Source: Gammaproteobacteria bacterium (GTDB lineage Bacteria > Pseudomonadota > Gammaproteobacteria > Eutrophobiales > Eutrophobiaceae). From it: a stretch of DNA of 64,000 nt. The stretch lies in assembly GCA_965221695.1 (NCBI GenBank), contig OZ244905.1, positions 2,784,001 to 2,848,000 of the forward strand. Direction: 5' to 3'. The notes under the pieces are model-generated. The model made no database searches, had not been told where the DNA came from, and worked only from the letters and a program-made list of their open reading frames with translations. Position 1 is the stretch's first letter. Each line of letters opens with the position of its first letter. Made by a program: the position numbers and the translations under genes. Shown piece after piece: positions 56,469 through 64,000 of the stretch.

Positions 56469-58567
56469 TTCACGTCAATGATAATATTTCTGTGCCCATC
56501 CATGAACCCCTGTTGTTCGTCCTGGACCACTATTGTCGTGATCGGCGTATGAATCACTGCCGGACCATCGATGATATTACCCGGAAGCAGTTTCTCAAAA
56601 TCAAAGACGACAGCTTCAGTCAGGCTGTCATGGCCGTTGACAAAAATTCTGCGCCGCCCGGCGCGGGCCGCGTCGGGAGAGCTCCCGGCAAGCGTTTGCT
56701 CGGCGACCTGAGGGCGGTCTATTTTGCCGGCGGCGCTGAGCCGGAACCGGGTCATCTCGATCCCCGCGTCACGGTAGGCGGAACCTTTCCCGTAGCGGCT
56801 TTCATAGAGCGATTCAAAATCCTTGACCAGTTGTTGCGCGCCGTCTTCATCCAGCGGCGTCGCCGCGTGTACCGGAGTGACGACTTCGTGCACCTGCATC
56901 GCGTAACGGAACCCGACCGACCACTTAAAGCGCATTTTCTCCTCGGAAAACCCCTCCTCTTTCAACAGTTGTGCCGCCGCGTTCAGCATAGGTTGATAAA
57001 TGGCATTGATCTCCTCGGCCGGGCAGGGCGCAGACTTGGTCAGGGTCACGCTGTAATCGTGTATGACATCGGCGCTGGCCAGCCCGAAGGCGCAGTTTAC
57101 CGATGCGGTATATGGCACGACGATTCGCCGCAGGCCCAGTTCCCCGACAAACGCGCTCGCCAGGATGGGACAGGCGCCGCCGAACGCGTGCAGCGCGAAA
57201 TCCCGCGGGTCCAGACCCTGCTCGACGGTGATCTTATGAATCAGGTCAATAGCCTGCGCGTTCGCCACGCGCAAAATACCAATGGCAGCCTGCTCCAAGG
57301 ACAGGCCGAGCGGGTCTGCGATCTGTTCCTGGAACAGGCGCGCGGTATTTTCCACATCCAGGGTCATGGCGCCGCTCAGGAAACGTTGCGGGTCGATATA
57401 ACCCAGCAGTAGCAATACGTCAGTTAACGTGGGTTGTGTCCCGCCGAGTCCGTAACAGATCGGGCCCGGCGCCGCCCCTGCGCTCTGCGGTCCAACCAGG
57501 GGCGCCCCGGTGTCTTCCTCCAATGTGATCAGGCTGCCGCCACCGGCGCCGATGGACGCCACTTCGATCTTTGGCGCAGTGTAGTGGAACCGGTCTATCA
57601 GAGGTTCCCTGGCGTATTCGAGCTCGCCATCCTGGATGATTCCCACCTTGAAGGTGGTGCCGCCCATGTCCGCGGCGATGATGTTGCTGTCGCCCATCAG
57701 GTCACCGAGAAACTTGCTGCCGATGACGCCGGCGACCGGCCCGCATTCCACCATATTCACTGCCCGCCCGGCAGCTTGTTGCGCTGGGATGAGGCCGCCG
57801 TAGCCTTGCATGACCAGCACCGGTCCCTGGTAGTTGAACTCGCCCAGCAGTCTTTGCAGGTCGTTGATATAGTTGCTGACTACCTGTCCGGCATAAGCGT
57901 TGATCACGGTAGTGGAGGTGCGCTCGTACTCGCCGGGGACCGGCGCTACCTCGCTGCTGATTGACACGTGGATGTCCGGATTGCGCGCCTTGATGATGGC
58001 GCGTATCCGCTGTTCATGCGCGGGGTTTGCAAAAGACCACAACAGCGCCACCGCCATGGATTCGACCTGCTGTTCATCGATGAGGTAGGCAACGGCCTGT
58101 TCAACATCGTCCTCGTCCAGTTCTTGGATGACCGCGCCCTTATAATCCACCCGTTCGGTCACGCCCCGGATCAGACTGTGCGGCGTCAGCGGCGCCGGCC
58201 TGTTCGTCGCGACCGGATGTTTAAGTCCCTCTTCCGACAGTCCCGACCAGCGCCCGTAAGCGCCCCGGGTAACCAGCAGGGTATCCTCGAAACCGGCAGT
58301 AGTGATCAGCCCGGTGCGGGCGCCCTTGCGCTCCAGCAAGGTATTGTCAACCACGGTGGAGCCGTGGATGAACAAGGTGGTTTGCCGAAAAATATCTTCC
58401 AACTCCACCTGCATGATATCAGCCGCCGAACGGACGGAAGCAATAACGCCATCGGCAAAATCCGGCGGTGTGGACAACGCTTTGCCGATGAATACCGAGC
58501 GCCCGTCCTCAACGATGACCGTATCGGTACAGGTGCCGCCCACATCGGTAGCAACGACGAAAGACAT
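56465..58567 (-). CDS. Hydantoinase A/oxoprolinase (ATP-binding subunit)
   Basis: DVGGTCTD, EYERTSTT, DMGGTT, IGAGGGS, GPQSAGAAPGP and AFGGA. Confidence 0.93.
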   Translation of the reverse strand: MSFVVATDVGGTCTDTVIVEDGRSVFIGKALSTPPDFADGVIASVRSAADIMQVELEDIFRQTTLFIHGSTVVDNTLLERKGARTGLITTAGFEDTLLVTRGAYGRWSGLSEEGLKHPVATNRPAPLTPHSLIRGVTERVDYKGAVIQELDEDDVEQAVAYLIDEQQVESMAVALLWSFANPAHEQRIRAIIKARNPDIHVSISSEVAPVPGEYERTSTTVINAYAGQVVSNYINDLQRLLGEFNYQGPVLVMQGYGGLIPAQQAAGRAVNMVECGPVAGVIGSKFLGDLMGDSNIIAADMGGTTFKVGIIQDGELEYAREPLIDRFHYTAPKIEVASIGAGGGSLITLEEDTGAPLVGPQSAGAAPGPICYGLGGTQPTLTDVLLLLGYIDPQRFLSGAMTLDVENTARLFQEQIADPLGLSLEQAAIGILRVANAQAIDLIHKITVEQGLDPRDFALHAFGGACPILASAFVGELGLRRIVVPYTASVNCAFGLASADVIHDYSVTLTKSAPCPAEEINAIYQPMLNAAAQLLKEEGFSEEKMRFKWSVGFRYAMQVHEVVTPVHAATPLDEDGAQQLVKDFESLYESRYGKGSAYRDAGIEMTRFRLSAAGKIDRPQVAEQTLAGSSPDAARAGRRRIFVNGHDSLTEAVVFDFEKLLPGNIIDGPAVIHTPITTIVVQDEQQGFMDGHRNIIIDVK

Positions 58568-58621
58568 TTCAATCAGGTTTCAAATATTGATGCTTTTGCA
58601 GGGATAGGCTGCTTTATCTGC

Positions 58622-58903
58622 TCAGCTCTCCATGCCGATGGAAAATAACCGTTCCAGATCGTGGCGCGAGTAGGTCTTGAAGGCGATCATGGTCTCGGTA
58701 TTTTCGATGCCTTCAATGTCTACCATGCGGCTGGTAACCATGTCGGCGATGGCCTCGTTGGTCTCGACCCGGAGGATGCCGACAATATCGTAACTGCCGC
58801 CCACGGAGTACACCTCGGAAAATTCCGGCAGGCCCGCCAGGGCCTCGGCCACTTCGTTGATCCTGCCGTGAAGGGTATTGATTAACACGATTGCTGTAAC
58901 CAT
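58622..58903 (-). CDS. Stand-alone Lrp/AsnC ligand-binding domain protein
   Basis: MVTAIVLIN, EVYSVGGSYDIV and TETMIAF; no HTH. Confidence 0.88.
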   Translation of the reverse strand: MVTAIVLINTLHGRINEVAEALAGLPEFSEVYSVGGSYDIVGILRVETNEAIADMVTSRMVDIEGIENTETMIAFKTYSRHDLERLFSIGMES

Positions 58904-58985
58904 TTAATTCACCTGTAAGTCATTAACATTCAATCATGAGGGCGCCTCAAAAATCAGTAGACAAGCGCGCCACAGGCGCGCATTA

Positions 58986-60617
58986 TCAGTCAGTCATCGC
59001 CCGCAGTTTATGCCGCTGGATCTTGCCGGTCTGGGTCTTCGGGAGTTCCGTCCTGAAATCTACCAGCCTCGGGTACTTATAGGGCGCGATAGTCTGTTTT
59101 GCGAACTCCTGCAACTCGCCGGCTAGCTGTTCCGATGCTTGGAAACCCGCGGCCAGGACGATGAAGGCTTTAACGATCATGCCTCGGGCTTCATCCGGAA
59201 TGCCGACGACGCCGCATTCGCTGACGGCCGGGTGCGGCAGCAGCGCTGCTTCCACTTCCGCCCCTGAGATGTTGTAACCGGAAGAGATGATCATGTCGTC
59301 AGTGCGCCCCTGGTACCAGACATAACCGTCCTCATCCATGGCACAGATGTCCCCGGTCAGATTCCAGCCGTTGACCACGTAATTTTTCTGCCGTTCATCG
59401 GCCAGGTACTTGCAACCGGTCGGGCCTTTTACCGCCATGCGTCCCAGCGTTCCGGGCGGCGCCGGTTGGTCATCATCGCCTAGGATACAGGCCTGGTAGC
59501 CGGGCAGCGCTTTACCGGTCGCGCCCTCACGAATATCGTCTCCGGTGGCGGAGACGAAGATATGGATCATTTCTGTAGAGCCGAGCCCGTCGATCATCCG
59601 GATTCCGGTAGCCGCCAGCCATTCCTGGTAGGTGGGAAGAGGCAGTTTTTCTCCTGCGCTGATGGTTTTTTTCAGGCTGCTCAAATCGAAATCATCCAGG
59701 CGGTCCAACAGGACGCGGTAGGCTGTCGGCGCGCTGGAGCAAATGGTGGCGCCGAAGCTCTCTATCGCTTTGCCCAGTTCCGGCGGCGGCGCAGCTTCAA
59801 GCAGCGCAACGCTTGCGCCTGCATACAGGGGCAGACCTGCAAGCATCCCCAGACCGAAGGTGAATGCAAGTGGCGGGCTACCGATAAAGATGTCATCCGC
59901 CGCCGGCCGGACAGTATAAGTCCCGACACAAACGCACATGGCCATGATATCGCGCTGGAAATGGACCGTGCCCTTGGGCAGACCGGTGGTGCCGCTGGTG
60001 AAGGCGATGATGGCCGGATCGTCAGCGGCGGTATCGACCGGTTCGAAAGTAGTTGCTTTTGCAGCCATGAGCCGCTCCAGCTCCGCGCCCGCGCCGGCCA
60101 TTCCCGAGCCGTTGAATTGTGCCACTCGTCGCACGAACCCGGTGGTTTGCAGAGCGCCGGACAACTCCTCCATCAGACGCTCATCACACAGAGCGAATTG
60201 AACTTGCGCCTTGTTGATGATTGGTTCCAGTTCCAGTTTGCGCAGCATAGGCATGGTGGCGACCGCTACCCCGCCGGCCTTGATCACGCCGAGCCAACAG
60301 GCAACCAACATTGGGTTATTGGCAGATCGCAACAGCACGCGGTTGCCCGGCACAAGACCTATGTCATCGACCAGCACATGCGCGATCCGGTTGGAGCGCT
60401 CATACAATTCCTGGTAGCTCCAGACCTCGTTGTGCGTTAGGATGGCATTGTTTGCGCCAAAGCCCTGGGCGATCTTTTTATCGAGCAGCTCTGCCGCGCT
60501 GTTCAGGCGCGCCGGAAACTGCAATGCGTCTGTGCTGAACACAAACTCGGGCAACAATTCGGGTTGCGGCAGGTTATCCCTGACGAAAGTGTCCACATGG
60601 CTGGTAGGATTATTCAT
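58986..60617 (-). CDS. 2-aminobenzoate/benzoate-CoA ligase family
   Basis: HVDTFVRDNLP, FTSGTTGLPKG, SPPLAFTFGLG, DGLGSTE and KTQTGK. Confidence 0.88.
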   Translation of the reverse strand: MNNPTSHVDTFVRDNLPQPELLPEFVFSTDALQFPARLNSAAELLDKKIAQGFGANNAILTHNEVWSYQELYERSNRIAHVLVDDIGLVPGNRVLLRSANNPMLVACWLGVIKAGGVAVATMPMLRKLELEPIINKAQVQFALCDERLMEELSGALQTTGFVRRVAQFNGSGMAGAGAELERLMAAKATTFEPVDTAADDPAIIAFTSGTTGLPKGTVHFQRDIMAMCVCVGTYTVRPAADDIFIGSPPLAFTFGLGMLAGLPLYAGASVALLEAAPPPELGKAIESFGATICSSAPTAYRVLLDRLDDFDLSSLKKTISAGEKLPLPTYQEWLAATGIRMIDGLGSTEMIHIFVSATGDDIREGATGKALPGYQACILGDDDQPAPPGTLGRMAVKGPTGCKYLADERQKNYVVNGWNLTGDICAMDEDGYVWYQGRTDDMIISSGYNISGAEVEAALLPHPAVSECGVVGIPDEARGMIVKAFIVLAAGFQASEQLAGELQEFAKQTIAPYKYPRLVDFRTELPKTQTGKIQRHKLRAMTD

Positions 60618-60648
60618 GTTGTGTAGTCCCCCGATAGGATATTATATA

Positions 60649-60702
60649 GAAGCTCTGAACAAGTCCAAGTCCATCCTGTACTTGTCAGAGCGCATAACAA
60701 AA
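60649..60702. repeat. Truncated IS5-like MITE end in a divergent promoter region
   Basis: GAAGCTCTGAACAAGTC(CAAGTC)CATCCTGTACTTGTCAGAGC-GCATAACAAAA; matches the reverse complement of about 1287-1337 with a 6-bp duplication. Confidence 0.75.
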
Positions 60703-60755
60703 CCCATAAAATAAATTCTTCAATTGAGCAATCGCACAACCGGGGTCTTCAAACC

Positions 60756-62264
60756 ATGACATTCGAACTCCCAGACATCGATGGATTGAAACGCCTGGCC
60801 GCCGGGCTGGACCTGCCTTTAGATGATCCCAAAGCACGGCTGTTGTTGGACTACCTCAAACCGTTTGCCGCGGGTTATAACTATATTGATCGGCGCCAGG
60901 ATGAACTGCCGGTATCGCCCTGGGGAGGACGGGATTACCGCTACCCGCGTCCGCATGAGAATCCATTCGGCGCCTGGCTCCTGAAATGCCATATCCAGGG
61001 CGCGCCCACAGGCCCGCTATCCGGTAGAAAAGTGGCAGTCAAGGACAATATCTTTGTCGCGGACCTGCCGTTGACCAACGGTTCCGACGCGCTTTCCGAC
61101 CTGGTGGCCGATTTCGATGCCACCACAGTAGACAGGTTGCTCAATGCCGGCGCGGACATAGTCGGCAAGACAGTATGTGAATACATGTGCCTGTCGGGCG
61201 GCAGCGCCACCTCGGCCAACGGTATTGTGCAGAACCCGCGCAAACCGGGCTATTCCACCGGCGGTTCATCTTCAGGTAGCGCGGCGCTGGTCGCGGCCGG
61301 GGCAGTGGACATGGCCTTGGGGACCGACCAGGGCGGTTCGGTGCGCATACCCGCCAGTTGGACGGGTGTGGTCGGCATGAAGGCAACCCGTGGCGTGGTT
61401 CCCTTCAGCGGCGGCATACCCATGGAGTCGTCAATAGAATACATCGGCCCATTGACACACAATGTGGCCGATAATGCTTTGTTCCTGGAAGTCCTGGCCG
61501 ATGCCGGGGAGGGTGAACCGCATGATTTTAGCAGCGACCTGGGGAAAAGCGCGTCGGGACTGAAGATCGCCGTTCTGAAGGAAGGTTTCGGTTGGCCGTC
61601 TTCCATGGCCGAAGTAGATCGCTGTGTCAGGTCCGCGGGGACCCATTTCGCCGCCCTGGGGGCGACTGTGGATGAGGTTTCGATCCCTGATCACCTGGAT
61701 GGCCCGGCTCTCTGGGGCGCCGTGGTCACAGATGGCTTCTGGCAGACCTTGAGACTGAACGGGGTGGGGTACAACCATGAGGATATTTACTCTCCGGCCC
61801 TGTTTCGGGCCATGCAGGATTGGACTGCCCGCGTTACTGACGCCCCGATCAACGCGCAGTTGCTCTGGCTGCTGGGCCGGCACGTGGAAAGCTATGGAGG
61901 GCGCTACTATGCCAAGGCAAAAAATCTGGTCAGCAAGCTGCGGACAAGCTATGACCAGCCCTTGCAGGAATATGACCTGCTCCTGATGCCCACCACGGTG
62001 GCGACTGCCGCCGGCAATCCCGGTTCACAGCAAGATGCCAGCGCCGATGACATCATGGCTGCCGCATTCGGCAACACCTTGAACACTTGCCAGTTCAATG
62101 CCACCGGTCATCCGGCCATCTCCATTCCCTGCGGCCGCATCGATGGCCTGCCGGTGGGTCTGATGCTGGTGGGTCGCTATTTTGCCGAAAAAACCCTGTA
62201 CCGGGCCGCTCACGCGTTTGAACAATCATTCGACTGGCGGGCTGGTTCAGCGTTGCCCCGCTAA
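60756..62264 (+). CDS. Amidase signature family enzyme (CX3C subgroup), paralog of 12847-14361
   Basis: AVKDN, CEYMC, GGSSSGS, DQGGSVR and NTCQFNATGHPA. Confidence 0.92.
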   Translation: MTFELPDIDGLKRLAAGLDLPLDDPKARLLLDYLKPFAAGYNYIDRRQDELPVSPWGGRDYRYPRPHENPFGAWLLKCHIQGAPTGPLSGRKVAVKDNIFVADLPLTNGSDALSDLVADFDATTVDRLLNAGADIVGKTVCEYMCLSGGSATSANGIVQNPRKPGYSTGGSSSGSAALVAAGAVDMALGTDQGGSVRIPASWTGVVGMKATRGVVPFSGGIPMESSIEYIGPLTHNVADNALFLEVLADAGEGEPHDFSSDLGKSASGLKIAVLKEGFGWPSSMAEVDRCVRSAGTHFAALGATVDEVSIPDHLDGPALWGAVVTDGFWQTLRLNGVGYNHEDIYSPALFRAMQDWTARVTDAPINAQLLWLLGRHVESYGGRYYAKAKNLVSKLRTSYDQPLQEYDLLLMPTTVATAAGNPGSQQDASADDIMAAAFGNTLNTCQFNATGHPAISIPCGRIDGLPVGLMLVGRYFAEKTLYRAAHAFEQSFDWRAGSALPR

Positions 62265-62288
62265 GGCAATAAGGTAAAATGGCGTTCC

Positions 62289-63491
62289 ATGAAAGCAATC
62301 TGCATACCCTACGGCGGATACTGGAGCACGCCGTTTGCCAAGTGGCAGGGCAGTCTGGCCCACTTGCATAGCATTGAATTCGCCGCCCATGTGACCCGGC
62401 GCGCGCTCGCCGACTGGGAGCTGGACGGCAGCCAGTTCGATTATGGCGTACTGGGAATGACTATTCCGCAAAAAAGTTGTTTTTACGGCCTGCCCTGGTT
62501 GACTGCCATGGCCGGTATCGGCCATGTCGCGGGACCGACCGTGAGTCAAGCCTGTGCCACCAGCGCCCGGGTCATGGCGACCGCATCCCAGGAAATCCAG
62601 GCGGGACTGGCCGAATGCGTGCTGGCCGTCACTGCGGACCGGCTCTCCAACGGTCCGCACCTGTACTATCCGGACCCCCTGGGGCCCGGAGGCACGGGGC
62701 AGACCGAAGACTGGGTCATGAGCAATTTCAACCAGGACCCCTATGTGAAGTGTGATATGACCCGCACCGCGGAGAATTGCGCGACCAAATGGAATGTGTC
62801 CACTGCCGAGCAACACGAGGTCGCGTTGCGGCGCTATGAGCAGTACCAGCAGGCGTTGGAACTTAAGGATGGCATATCATTTCAACAGAGATATATGCTG
62901 GCGCCCCTTAATGTGCCGGATAAAAAGTATCGAAAGACCCACTCAATCCTGACGGGCGATGAAGGTGTTGTCGCAACCAGTGTCAAAAAGATGGCCCGGT
63001 TGGAGCCAGTACACAAAGGCGGCACCGTCACCTATGCCGGTCAGACCTACCCGGCTGATGGCAACGCCGGCATGATCATCGCCACGGCCGACAGCGCGCG
63101 CAGGTTGAGCAGCGATCCGGCAATCCGCATCAGCATCGTCGCGTTCGGCCAGGCCCGGGAAGAGCCGGCCTATATGCCGGCGGCGCCGATCCCGGCGAGC
63201 CGGCGCGCCCTGGATCTGGCGGGAATAACAATTCAAGACGTGAAGGCGGTAAAATCGCATAACCCGTTTGCGGTCAATGACATCATTTTTGCCAAAGAAA
63301 TGGGCATAGACGTAATGACCATGAACAATTACGGCTGTTCGCTGATCTGGGGACATCCACAGGGGCCGACCGGGATGCGCGCGGTGATAGAGCTGATCGA
63401 GGAACTCATACTTCTGGGCGGCGGTTACGGCCTGTTCCATGGTTGCGCAGCCGGGGACAGCGCCATGGCGCTTGTCGTGCGCGTGGATTGA
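62289..63491 (+). CDS. Thiolase family protein (atypical motifs)
   Basis: QACATS, ADG, SHNPFA, GHPQGPTG and GCAAGD. Confidence 0.88.
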   Translation: MKAICIPYGGYWSTPFAKWQGSLAHLHSIEFAAHVTRRALADWELDGSQFDYGVLGMTIPQKSCFYGLPWLTAMAGIGHVAGPTVSQACATSARVMATASQEIQAGLAECVLAVTADRLSNGPHLYYPDPLGPGGTGQTEDWVMSNFNQDPYVKCDMTRTAENCATKWNVSTAEQHEVALRRYEQYQQALELKDGISFQQRYMLAPLNVPDKKYRKTHSILTGDEGVVATSVKKMARLEPVHKGGTVTYAGQTYPADGNAGMIIATADSARRLSSDPAIRISIVAFGQAREEPAYMPAAPIPASRRALDLAGITIQDVKAVKSHNPFAVNDIIFAKEMGIDVMTMNNYGCSLIWGHPQGPTGMRAVIELIEELILLGGGYGLFHGCAAGDSAMALVVRVD

Positions 63492-63493
63492 CA

Positions 63494-64000
63494 ATGGAAG
63501 TCGGCCAGCCAACCCAGTCATTGCCCGTGACCTTTCCCACCGTCGTCCACGCGCTGGTGGACGCGGCCACGCGCAGGCCCGAGCAAGAGGCCCTGGCGTT
63601 GGGTTCGGAACGGCTCAACTATCAGGAGTACCTGCGCTGCGTGGTCGGCTTCAGTCGGGAGTTCCGGGGGCGCGGCTTGAGCGGATGTCGGATCGCGCTG
63701 TTGATGGGAAATTCCATTGATGTATGTATAGCAATGTACGCCATACATGCCGCGCAAGCTGAGGCCGTTCCGTTAAACCCGGTTTATACGACGCAAGAAT
63801 TGTTGCCCATGTTGGATGACGCCGGGGTATCCGCGCTGGTCTATGATGAGGCGCTTAATGATAGGGTCCAGGGACTCGCCGCTGAATTGCGCATTGAGCA
63901 TCTGTTTGCCATCGGCCGCGGCAACCGCCTGATCGCATGGCGCCAGCGCGCCAATCTGGACATGCCGGATGACTTGCCGGAGCCAGGCGATCCGGCCACC
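63494..64000 (+). CDS. AMP-binding acyl-CoA ligase, N-terminal part (3'-truncated)
   Basis: Own translation from ATG 63494: ...RRPEQEALALGSERLNYQE...RIALLMGNS...VPLNPVYTTQEL...; frame open to the window end. Confidence 0.85.
   Translation, partial: MEVGQPTQSLPVTFPTVVHALVDAATRRPEQEALALGSERLNYQEYLRCVVGFSREFRGRGLSGCRIALLMGNSIDVCIAMYAIHAAQAEAVPLNPVYTTQELLPMLDDAGVSALVYDEALNDRVQGLAAELRIEHLFAIGRGNRLIAWRQRANLDMPDDLPEPGDPAT

Noticed and set aside
58940-58954. GGGCGCCTCAAAAAT as another MITE end
   Set aside because: Too short and degenerate to distinguish from chance

Overview
GC-rich chromosomal window, most likely from a Gammaproteobacterium (sigma-32 promoter, argA, aceK, TonB receptors). No rRNA, tRNA, CRISPR array, prophage or transposase gene was recognised. 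About 50 CDSs are dominated by aromatic, nitrile and amide catabolism: TonB receptor-nitrilase-AraC, two CX3C amidases, an AOR-family oxidoreductase, UbiD, the homoprotocatechuate meta-cleavage cluster hpaH-I-G1-G2-E-D-F, hydantoinase A/B, an aminobenzoate-CoA ligase and an aromatic amino acid decarboxylase. Also present are a Tyr-less heme-copper cluster (sNOR-type, norS-norY-senC-orf1), tupBC, two Hsp20 genes, a MoxR/Bat operon and housekeeping genes (argB, argE, argA, ilvD, icd, aceK, apbE, deoD-like). The most striking unexplained signal is intergenic. At least two families of non-autonomous elements recur: one with IS5-like ends and YTAR targets, and a 315-bp element in two ~97% identical copies. 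They carry hairpin cassettes whose pairing is preserved by compensatory substitutions and whose loops match CsrA/RsmA binding sites. All functional calls come from motif recognition by eye; no database search was run.
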